From Phoronis australis (lineage: Eukaryota > Animalia > Phoronida): 64,000 bases of DNA. Below the pieces are notes generated by a model. It did not search any database. It worked only from the letters and a program-made list of their open reading frames with translations, and was not told where the DNA came from. The position numbers and the translations under genes are program-made. Shown piece after piece: positions 25,980 to 37,500 of the stretch. Each line of letters begins with the position of its first letter. Positions within the stretch are counted from its first letter, which is position 1. The stretch is from NCBI GenBank assembly GCA_002633005.1, contig NMRA01000702.1:78138-142137 (forward strand), given 5' to 3'.

Positions 25980-26993
25980 GATAAGGCCGCCATGTTTCGT
26001 CCAAACACGAATTTGTGATTTCGAGCACTTATCGCTTTAAAACTGACTTTATCTTGTTCCCTGCTGAGACGAAGCGAAATTTCTGGATTTGCACTGTCAG
26101 TTGGTTATTCCTTGACACCGTGCTTGGAGCATACAACTACAGTTCGTTATTCCCCGAGACCATGTTTGAACCATACAATGACAGTTGGTATAAGACAGAA
26201 ATCGTGTAACTTCGTTATATTATAGCTTACAAAACAGCCACATGTTTCGCATACCGGGAGTCGGCCATTAGATTAATTAAGTTAAAAACAAAAACAGAAC
26301 AGCTGTTCAGCATGTTAGTGACCATCTCCATGTCGCACTACTGGATTATATAAAGTCTGTGACGCGGCATGGGTTTGTTGTTTGTTTATGATTTTAACCT
26401 AGGTTTTAATTATTTCAGATGTAGCTACTCCAGCGTTGGTCATACTATTTTGCTTTGCTTACTTTGCTGGGGTATCTTCAGTTGCACAACAGCATTGCTG
26501 TCATGACTCCTGCTGATTCCCATATCAAGCAATTTTCACAAGTAAAACCAGTTGTCGTTTTCGCTGATGAAAGTAACTATTTAGTACTCCGAAGAATATC
26601 TCTTCATTTCATTTATTTACGTTTTGTTTCCTTGTCTTCTGTAGATACAAGTACATTGCTTTGTGCTTAGCATACCAGTGAAATTTAATACCCCATCATT
26701 GGCACCTAACCTATTTTACCTAACTCAGAAGTCATGTTGGTAAGCACTTCAGTTCAAGGGACTCCCTAGCTATTTGGTCACTTTATTATTTGGTGAGCAT
26801 TCTGATTGTTCTACTGTATTTCACCTGCTCTGTTTGCTATTCAGTTCATGGTCTAGCTGTCACTGCTAGAAGCTCTAAATATACATCAATCAGTGATATG
26901 TTGAACCACTTTGAATTTTCCATACAACCCACAATCAGCATCGGACAATTGAAAAATGTCATCATTCGAATTTAAGGACATTTATCATGAAAA

Positions 26994-27330
26994 GACGACA
27001 TTCGTGAGTGGTCGAATGTTATAATGTATGTTGACATTTACAACTATTTGATAGAATCGAAAGCAGTTTAGGGGCAATCAATGAAAAACATTAAAAGTTT
27101 GAAATCGTTCAATTACTTTCAGAGTGGCTGCGTTGATAAGATCTTACACCATATTTGTACAAAGATATTGTGATAATTAAGTATAACGTCAGATCGTCTC
27201 AGAACATCAACAACGAGTGGCTGTCAGTCTGCATATTAAAAGCATTCAATAGTGGTGAAATACTGAAATTGCAAATGTTTGGCTGGTTTAGGAAAGATAT
27301 GCAGTCCCAATAGTGCTGTCTTGTTGAGAA
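26994..27330 (+). pseudogene. Decayed SWIM-zinc-finger transposon ORF (Kolobok-type SWIM/YqaJ accessory protein-like)
   Basis: WSNVIMYVDIYNYLIESKAV*GQSMKNIKSLKSFNYFQSGCV, then frameshifted IIKYNVRSSQ and CKCLAGLGKICSPNSAVLL, matching the DIYNYL..KAYKSL.AYN.F.SGWV..C.C.AGLG..CSH pattern; remnants may extend to ~27960. Confidence 0.7.
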
Positions 27331-28660
27331 GGTTCACAAATTGAAATAAAATAATGAAGTGGAATGTGGAACCAAAAACTCTTAATAAAATAGATACTGC
27401 ACAATATTATTGAGGACCGTGATAATGCCAGTGCTAGACGGGATGTTTTCATATCTCAACACGCATTCCAGGAACATTGTAACAAAGCATGCTTGTCTTC
27501 TTAAAAGGGACAGTTATTAGCAAAGTATTCAGTAGCAAGTAGTTATCCAAGAGAATTGCAATAGAACACCGGAATGTGCAAAATGTAAAACGTTTTACGA
27601 CACAGTCAAATTGTCAAAATGAGAAATTAGAGTTCGTGCAGCCACTACTGTTCAGCAAAGTGAGTCTGACTTGTGGAAGGACTCCTGGAAAATTATGATA
27701 AAAGCCGGGAAGTGTTGCATATCAAGTTCCTGTGAAAGTAACCACAGACGTCATTAACCTCAAGCTTGAACACTTCTATCCTAGTTTTACTGGCAGCTAT
27801 TTTACAAAGTACGAGAGTCTGAAAGAAGTGAAAGCACTGAACTGCCTCAGCAAATCATCCACTATTTCACACACTGGACTGTCAGTTGCCTCTTCAGAAA
27901 ACTAGTTAGCTCCAAGCCCTGGTGGGGATACATTGTTGGAAATAATATGCTCAGTTCTAACTTCATGGTCTACCTTACATGAACTTATATCATCAAATAA
28001 ATGACCTGGAATGAGTTAAGGCACGACGGGTTAATCACTCCCAGTACGTATTTTTGTATTACATGGGCGAATCACAAAGTAGTGCAAAGTAGAAATTCAT
28101 ACGCCTTACATTTTATCGTCTGCAAAATACTGAAACAACCAAACGCGCGCTATCCAAACAATGCCGGAATTCCGAGAAGGTAACAAGGTTATAATTGACA
28201 AATCGGGTGTCGCAAGTGTCATAAGCCCAGTCGGAAGGACATGCAAACAACTTCTTAAACGGACCCATCTTCGGTGGCGAATTCCATATCCACGTTCATT
28301 CAAACAGAGATGAATCCCAACTCAACAAACGCGGTGACACTGTCTAGCTGTGCTGGCTCAAGGTCAATTCAGTGCTCACGCGCGGGGAAGCCTTGGTGAC
28401 TGTTATTTACAAAAATTCTTTAAGTTTTAATATTACAACTTCAAAGACTATTTATTAGATTCTAACGTGAATGTTTGTTACTAAAGATGAATGCAATTTA
28501 CAATTCTTAAGCTTAAAATAAAACTATTAACAACAAGTAACTGAATTACTTTACATTGTGTAAGCTTCTTTTTAAAAAAGTTGCCTGATGTGGTTGAAAG
28601 TTTTAGACACGTCGAGTTTTTCGGCCAAACTATCGTTTTTACGGTTCATGTGAGAAAACA

Positions 28661-28800
28661 AATCCTACACGCTTCTCAGGTTTATGACATGGGCAAAACC
28701 TCTTGAAAATTTCGTCAAAATCCCTCGTCAAGCCTCTGGATTTTGACGAAATTTCCAAGAGGTTTTGCCCATATCATAAACCTGAGACGAGTGTAGGATT
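28661..28800. repeat. 140-bp near-perfect hairpin element
   Basis: AATCCTACAC..TTTCGTCAAAATCC / GGATTTTGACGAAA..GTGTAGGATT; half copies at ~51867-51930 and ~52084-52149. Confidence 0.85.
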
Positions 28801-30729
28801 CAGTACATATTACACGCAAATGCAAGTAACCGTGTTTTGTACTGGACTCGAGAAAGCAAAAACTAATTTTGTAGAGAACTGACAATGGCTTTATTATTGT
28901 AGATGTTCCGTAATTTGAAAAATATTTTGAGCAAAATGTTGCACGGTTGCGTACACTTTACTTTCAGAAATTTCGTGAACGCCTGGTTCATGAAGTTGAG
29001 GCCAAGACTTTTGTAAAGCATTTACTAATTTTACTGCTTGAAGTACTTCTGTATGTTTTTCCTTGCTTATCATCTTACCATGTATAATGACACATGTACA
29101 TGTATGCTTTGCTTTGCTTCATATACTCCTTTGGTATAAATTCCAATTTATCAAATTGTATGCCAACTTTCCCCTCAGAAAACAGCTCATTTACCACTTG
29201 GAATGAGCAATACAAAGACTGTGTGACTTAGTCCATGCCTTCCAAATGTTGACCTCTGCTCAAATCAGCACGTACGTTCATAACCCCAGCACAGACAATC
29301 AAGTAGTTTTAAACCGATTTTGTGCTTGACACTGGAATAATAGTACTCAATTTTTTTAAAGTTTAAATCTTCGTATATTGCTACCACATAAACAAATCAA
29401 GCAAGCGCACCAGCTGATATGGTTTGTTTATCTGCGCTGATTCCGTATTTATCTAACATGAGTGTAATGGCGAATTAACTACGTGACTTTAAAATGGCCC
29501 TCCCAGGACCTCGGCAGTTTCCGTATTGGCATTTGTCCATAATTAGAGCATATACTGACAGTTGGTTAGTCCTTGAGATCATGCTTGGAGCATAGTGTCA
29601 CTCTGTGATGCGTGTTTAACATCCAGGTTTTATATGCTAAACTTGCTACCTTGGACCATTTTTATGTAATCGAAACAATGGCGATTTCAAGCAGTAATCA
29701 GCCCGACGTCTTTAAGCGCATGCGCGCTTGTATATTATTGGGATGAATGAGACTTTATTTCGTCACTTTTTCAAAAATAGTGAATCCGACAAGTTTTTTA
29801 GAAATTCTTGCTACATGTGTAAAGTGAACAACTCTCACGTTAGCATTGCCAAGACGTAGATTGGTCAGGATCTGTTTAAAAATTTTTTGTGAATTTTCGC
29901 GTTCCAAGCCTCTTTAATGCGGTTAACCGTTCAGAGCCGACTTGGGCGACAACGATGCAGTTTTCCGATTTTTGCCGGAATTTCATTTTTGATCAGTGTA
30001 TTTGGAAGTTATGGTTGTCATTTTTCCTACAGAAAATGTTCGGCATTTTTTCTCTAGAAAAATCGTTCTTGGGCTTCTAAACCACACCCTTTCTCGGCGG
30101 AATCAAAACGAGACATGCTATAAGAAAATGAAACGGTGACGGACATTGAACATATTGCAACGGAGCGGAAATTGGTGTTATTTCTTTCTCATATTTTGTT
30201 TTAAGTAAGACTTTAGAAAATGTCCGATTGTTAGGTACGTCCGATTTTTTGTGCACTTCTGTAGATGACATTTGAAAAGTCAAGTTGTCAAACGCCTGCT
30301 GTTTATAGAATCTACAAACATACGCCTAGAAAACTTACCCGTAATACATTGCAAAATGATGAAATACTTAAAAATCAATTGAGCTTTGTCAGGGTCACGT
30401 GAATCTTAAAATCCTATTGATGAGGTGTCATTAAAGTTGATACGAATTATGAACACTGCTTGCGTATTACTCAGTGCCCTCGCAACTCTGAGATCCAGCA
30501 TCGTAGCAAACAATTGTGGCGTTTGAGGGATGTCAAACACTCTGGTGACCGGAGCGTAAAGCAGTGACTGCATTATGGGGGTGACTTGTCAGCCAGTGAG
30601 CTGCAAACCATTAACATTCGTTGTTTCGGAACAACTTGCCTTATAGGATGACATTGTGATTATGACAAATTATCGCGCAGTATGCTACGCCGTGCTCTGA
30701 ACGAAAACTGGAGGGGTGATAAATACATT

Positions 30730-30861
30730 TATACCACAATATTGGCGTCGATTGACAAATGCAACCGTGTAATAACCCATTTAGTTATCCCACTAGTAAG
30801 ATAACATTTTGGCGGGAAACCGAAATCGGTTTCGAACCCGGGCCTCAAGAGTTTCGTGTCG
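30730..30861 (-). repeat. Inverted partial copy of the tRNA-like/hairpin element at 25773-25979
   Basis: TTTTGGCGGGAAAC..TTTCGAACCCGGGCCT is the reverse complement of ~25817-25855. Confidence 0.8.
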
Positions 30862-32199
30862 TTATCCTCCTTATCTTGAGCCATCGTGGATTTTGGAGAA
30901 TAACGACTTCGCCATGTAATAATCTATATGTATCTTGACTTAGTGGTGACAAAAATCGTGTGCTCTTGGCTGTAAGTTATGCAATGATTTGGTATTATGG
31001 CGAGTGGCAAATGCTTTGATTTAAAGAAAAGCTAGCAGTGAAATGAGGTTAGTGGGCACTTCTTAGTTATTATGGTTTTACTGTGGTCGGAATGGAGTTC
31101 GTGCGTGTTATTTTTGGCACAATAGGCCGCTTCATTCGTACCTGTCTTAATTTCAAGTGGATCGTTTATTTTTTATTTTACTCGTCAATGCAACGCTCAC
31201 GGTAATCTAAAGCTTCCTCTATTTGTTTGCATTTTGCTCGACGACCTTCGAGTTGTTAGTTTGATTCATTGTGTTAAAGAAACACTGATGCCGTCAGTGG
31301 ACATAAGCTTCCTTTTGTGAGATAATGTGCTTTTGAGACGCGATGCATGATGCAAGTAGTAAATGTTTCGGTTTACTGACATAAAACCATCATCAATAAA
31401 ACCAAAACATTAAGTGGACAATACAATGCACGAGAAGTACTGGTAAGCGACACGGATCAAAATGTCTCTAAACCTTATGACGCAACATTCCTGTTGAGTC
31501 AGGTTTCAACATGAGCCCGTTTGAGTTCCATGGAGACCTCACAATGCACATTAATCTCATAAAAAGTCGAGTAAGTGGCGAAAACACTACTTGATAACTA
31601 ATATATACCATTAGTTCGTGAATATTTTTGGGTTCTTTGGGAACAGAAGCATATAGATTTTTCATGAAGTTAGCTTGTATCCCGGAATTCCGACTTGGCT
31701 GGTCAGCCGATGCTGAAGTGTAGGGTCATAGATTACAATGCCCCAAACAAAACGACGAATTAACGGTTCATTCAATTTTCTGGCTCATTCCCTTACCATA
31801 TGTATACGACAAACTTTTAAACCCAGACATGGGCACAGATGCCCAGAGGGCCGCTTTTCCATATGCATGTAGGTGGCGCTGTGACATAGAATAACAATTA
31901 CACTGCGAACACTTGCGTGCTCTCCCCAAGCTCGCAAGTGTAACCTCAACGCACAGTTGTATAAACCCAGGTATGAGCAGATTTACAGTATATTTTTAAT
32001 ATGTAATTACCCCAACCTCGTGCTCCGCCGAAGCGCCGCCTTTGGAGGTTAAACCTAACAAGATACCCTTCAATGATTTAGTTGAGTATAAAATAACGCC
32101 TTATTTTACTATTTATATTAGAAAATTAATGGCGTGAGTTTCTGTTTTTAACAGAACAATACATTAATAACTACAAACATACAAGCATCGACAACATAA

Positions 32200-32515
32200 A
32201 CCCTATTCACGCCGACAGGAGGCACGTTCCAAAACGAGGCTCGCTACGATAGCTCTGGTGGCTTATCCGCGTAGTTGTACTCGCGTTGCTCGAACAGCTA
32301 GAAAAAATACGGACACTCAACTGTCTGTTTTACAATCCGTAAGGACATTGGGATTCCGAAGCGTTGTTTCCTTGCCATACGCCCCGACGAAGGAAAATAT
32401 GTCCGTGTAAAATTTATAACTGTTTTCGAATCATAATTTGTCGCATCTCGGATGCCACCATAGCAACGAGGACAGGAGAATCTTCGGCCAGCCAGGCTGT
32501 GTTTTCATGACTATG
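32200..32515 (+). repeat. Interspersed repeat (second copy at ~53689-54013)
   Basis: CCCTATTCACGCCG.CAGGAGGC.CGTTCCAAAACGAGGCTCGCTACGATAGCTCTG is shared. Confidence 0.85.
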
Positions 32516-33883
32516 AGTTGAAGCGTGATACATTTTTCTTTACAAAAAGGACAGGGACCTCAATCCCTCAATTTTGGGGCCAAATATCGGCCCTATTCCC
32601 CTCTCAAAAATATTGAAAAATCACGCGAAATTCCCGGTCCCACGAGGCCTAAAAATTCCCTTAGTGATTGAAAATTTCTCTCCAACGGTTCAAATCATCT
32701 GTGACCACAGAGGTGACAATTTGAAAAAGTACAAAATCATAGGCGGATTTAGGGGGGGAGGGGGGGGCGAGCCCTGCCTCCCCCCCCCCCTTGACTGCCG
32801 CAAGCAAAATAAACGTGAAGAGGGAGGACCATACTGAGTTCGAGCTAGGACCGGTAGCTAAACGAGGGGGGAAAACACGTTCCGTTTTTTTTTTAGTCCA
32901 ACAGCAGATTTCCTGCGAGCCTGCTTTTTTATCGTGATCAAAATATATGTTTAATAACATCAAGTATTATTTCAGATCAATGACAAATCAACTGTTAATC
33001 CCGGTAGTGCCCACCTCACCAGGATCTAGGCTATGCTTGAAGCTAATAGGCCTACTCTTGATCAACAAATTAAACCAGATGTGACTAATTGCACATGACA
33101 ACAAAATACTATGAGCCACCACTTTAGAATATATCTTCAACAATACGACCAGATGACCTGGTTCGTGTAGAAAGCATTTTTATCAGCAATTTATTAGAAG
33201 AAGCGTAACCCTGCATTCACCATGATTCCTAATCCGTAACACTACGATCGCCACAATTTGGTCATGTTTACTTTTCATGTTTCGAACCTAGTTTTCCGTA
33301 AAAAATACTTATATCCTTTCGTCAGACAGCATTGACTTGTTCTTTAACTGTATTTTTCTACGTCTCTGTGGTTAATTATTGACACATTTCTTAAGATTTA
33401 ATATTCAGGTTGGACTCCAAAGACCGGCCATTTAACTCACGCAATGTAAATTTCCGCTTTGTTTATCGCAGTGAGCCTCGCTTTGGATTTTAAAGTCCGC
33501 CGCTTGAATTGGGTCTATGGGGTCTATTTCAATGAAAAGTGACTTACGTCAGGCATTTGGTCTTACGCACCACACAATTATTTCTGGAGAATAATTAAAT
33601 CACACTATAGCAAAAATTCGAAGGCTCTAAGAATATACTCATAATTGCAAGTTACTGAAAGGATTTTTATAGATTATTTCTAGAATGTGACACTCTCATA
33701 AGTACTTGGCTAAACCTTTATTCAGTAACTGCGAAGTAAGACTAAATTATGCTTCAAGAGTGACGTCATCTTTCATGGAGCAGACTCCTGAGCACTAGGA
33801 ATTCGTGTTCAGTGTTTGTTGTAGATCGTCAAACGATTTGCACAGGCGCATCACTATACAACTCTAGTTACTGCAAAGTAAAA

Positions 33884-34235
33884 CAGGGTGTCCCAAAAAT
33901 GTAATCGCATTGCCGCATAATTCAATTCCCGTGGACTAGACTTTGAGCCAATGTCCGACTACACCTTGCTAAGAAAGTTGTCGTGTGACTGTCGTTTGCT
34001 CTGTATGCAAGTCAATGGCAAACTGCTCAGTTTTGGAGAACGAAATGCTACTGAAAACTCAAACACGTCAAGAATGTGCAGATGCAATTAATTACCTTCC
34101 CAAGTTAATGCATTTGTTTCGCTTTAAAGAATTTTACTCACCTCTTCATGAAGTTATACCAGCAGACTGAGGTTGTTCCTAATACACAACCCATTTACTG
34201 GCATATGACGTCTGGTTACACTTTGGGACACCCTG
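33884..34235. mobile_element. Tc1/mariner-type MITE
   Basis: TIR CAGGGTGTCCCAAA..TGTAA / TTACACTTTGGGACACCCTG, with TA on the right flank. Confidence 0.8.
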
Positions 34236-34296
34236 TATTTGACTACCTAGCAGAGATGACTTTTACAACCTTTTAGTTGAACTAGCGATATGACCT

Positions 34297-34542
34297 TCAG
34301 AATACCAGTGATGCATTTGAAATGGCTAAAAGCACGACAGACACCACAAAAAGAAACCGGTCTATAACTGCCAACACGGTGCGCCATGTATGGCCGTGAT
34401 AAGATGATTTTGAAGTAACGATCTGTAGCGAAGAGCCTTCTTCTACGGTGGCGTCGTCCATTTCTGATAGTTCGTCGTCCTCGCCATTCTCGTGTTTTGT
34501 CTCCGTGCAAATGCACAAAATTTTGGAACGGAATCCAATGTG
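34297..34542 (-). CDS. Gene A exon 9 (M4, stop)
   Basis: HTWRTVLAVIDRFLFVVSVVLLAISNASLVF*. Confidence 0.92.
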   Translation of the reverse strand, partial: HIGFRSKILCICTETKHENGEDDELSEMDDATVEEGSSLQIVTSKSSYHGHTWRTVLAVIDRFLFVVSVVLLAISNASLVF

Positions 34543-37500
34543 CTGAAACAAAAGTTGAGTTGAGTTCTGTTGGTGCATCTGCTTGACAATTCAAATCAGA
34601 CTCCGTGGTACAGGACATAAGGTATAAGGTATAAAACCTCAATCTAATTTAAGATCGTCACAGGACCGGTTAAAAGGAATATATTGCCTAGCAACAAGAC
34701 AACACCAATCAACACTCAATGAAATTGTTATGTGTAAGACAGATATGAAATTTTGGTGCTATGAGACCTCAAGTACTTTTCATAGGCGAAGGAAGCAGAG
34801 GTCTGGGGGGCGGGGGGTGCATTTGCCCCTTCTCGTGAAGATGGAAGCAGGACCGCCCTCACCCCCCACTACTAAACAGGGATGTAGGGGATGTAAAAAG
34901 GGACCGGCAGTCGAGAAACAGAAGTCACACCAAAGCTGGATTTGCCCTTTGGGGGAAGTAAGACATTTTTATTGGGACGTTCCAGTTTGTAGTATGTTTT
35001 GCATAATTAAGTTCATATGAAAACGTACTCATACATATACGTACTTCAAAAGAGGCCGAGAAAAAAATTGTGAATCACAGATATTCCAGAGCAAATTGAT
35101 TCAGATAAAGTCATCGGTGGTTCACTTTTACCGTTTTTGATATCATGTTATTTGATATAAATGCCAGATCTTGAAGTGGGCCCGCTAACTGCATCCAGGA
35201 CTACCATTCCCTCAACGTTTTAATCTAAATGTTTTGTATAAGGGGCCAGTCACGGAGGGGAATCCAATATGGTGGAATGATTTGCTTCGTTTCCTGCAGT
35301 TCTCGGAAAATAAACCGTTTTGAAGGAAAGTAGCCTTTAAAATGTCACCCACATATCTCGTTGATGTGCTTTGGGGGTCACTGTACAAGGTTAGTGTTTC
35401 ATATTTCTTCCTCCACCTTGAATGATTTGTAAAAGAATATGATTCGTATTGTGAATCTCCCGGATGTGATGAAAGAACGCCTCTACCAATAGGGAGTCAC
35501 ATCAGCTTACCTTACGCAGACATTGAGGTAGCAGCTTGCGAGATCTGTCACTGTGCCACAAAGTATGTAAAACTGATGTTGCAGTTAAGCCAATCACCAG
35601 GATAACGAAATTCAACTCGCAAAGCTTGGCTGAAACACAATGAATGGAAATGAAACTCTCACCTTTCACAGTCCTACATCTTAATTAGACGATAGATGAC
35701 CTGTCCCGGTGGAATGCAGATTTAGGGTGAACAAGGGGGGGAGGCGGCGGTGGAATGNAAACCTTTGTTCAGGATCGTGGTGTGGTTCATGTTCTTGTTC
35801 GTGCTTTGGTTTTCATGTTCTCGCTCGTCTTCTGGTCCATGTTCTTGTTCATGTTTTGGTTCAAGTTCTGGTCCATGTTCTTGTTCATGTTTTGGTTCAA
35901 GTTCTGGTCCATGTTCTTGTTCATGTTTTGGTTAATGCTATAGTTCGTGTTCTGGTTCATGTTCTTGTTCATATTTTGGTTTATGTTCTGGTTCGCGTTC
36001 AAGTCCATGTTCTTGTTCATGTTTTGGTTAGTGTTATAGTTCGTGTTCTGGTTCATGTTTTGGTTTATGTTCTGGTTTGTATTCTGGTTCGTGTTCTTCA
36101 TGTTTTCGTACATGTTTAGGTGTGTGTACTGGTTCATATTCCGGTTCGTGTACTGCTTCATGTTCAGCTTCGTGTTTTGATTCGTGTTCTGCGGAGAACG
36201 GTTGTTTTTTAATACCGCGAAGTACCACACCTAAAGACGTCGTGGCGTGGAGTGAGTTAAATAAAAAGATTAACCACGACGCCGTCAATGTGATTCAATA
36301 CAGTTTGAAGTTTACGATTTACTTAATTACTTTGCCATTATCATGGGCGAATTGGGCAAAAAGTTTCGCCTCAGTGAAACAAAAACTCCGAGTAAACGAA
36401 ACAAAAGGTCCACAATGTCCACAGGAATTCGGCGCGGATGCACAATTCGTAGGCCTGAACCTATAGTGGCTCCGTTTTCTTACTCCTCGTTAAGTTTTTT
36501 TCAGTAAAAGGACCGAATATCGAAAAATTCGAGCCCCCCCCCTATATTTTAGGCTGAGTGCACGCATGGTTATTCACGAAGTTATCATTTAGCTGTCGTA
36601 TCTCGGCTTCCCTAACCATCTGACATCGGATTATTGGGGTCAACAAACATAGTCGATTCTGGTCTATGTGTTTTGGAAATCGAGTCGGTGATGAAGTGTT
36701 GGGGTTTTTTTTAAAAAGAGAAAATTAATACGCCTAAGACGAGCAAACTTTGCTTACCCTCGTTCACGTGCCATTGTGCAGCTTTTCAAAAAAATTGGTA
36801 CCTAGGCTGAAATTGACGTGGGCTTGTTTGTGTTTTTAGCTCAGAGAACACCAAAATGAGTGGGAGTAACGACAAAATCAACCTTTCCATTTTGGTCAGT
36901 AGCGGTAGCAAGGAATTCATTCCAATAATTGACGGAATTGTTTTTCTTTGCTCATACGGTAAATTGGCATAATTTTTTAACTTGAAATTGCAAAATCTTG
37001 TGGTGCTCACTTTTAAAGGTCCAAGTGTTAGTACAAAACACGGCACTTTGCTTCAAAAACTTTGAGATCCCGATGCCGATCCACGAGTGTCAACACGTAT
37101 GGGATCAGTAGATTCTGACTGATACCTTCAAGAAGTGGAAAACAAAAGTTATATTTACCTGTGCTGTGACTTGGGGACTTAACAAGGACCAGAGTTAGAC
37201 ACACCAATATGGCCGAACCTGACGGAAAGAATAATAATCAACTAGTTGGTTAAATATGACAAACTCAAGTAACCACCACAACGACGTGAAGTAGGTTTTG
37301 CCCACGACGATATCTCCAAGTGCAACATTAAAGCATATAATTATGGTATATCTCCTAGGCGGCAAGTGGCGGCATCCTGGGTCAGTGATTTGGTTTCCAG
37401 GAAAAACAGGTATTTTCCATGAGACATTATAACGGGGTGCTTTCTTCTATAAAATGAGCTTCCCGTCACTTTATAAAACCTCCTCGATGTAAAAACATTG

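Noticed and set aside
35709-36288. VLVH-, NMNQ- and HEPE-rich ORFs
   Set aside because: Translations of an intronic hexamer satellite.
36786-37046. Hydrophobic ORF as the gene A M2 exon
   Set aside because: No in-phase acceptor; the 37159-37218 exon fits in phase and matches gene B in size and sequence.
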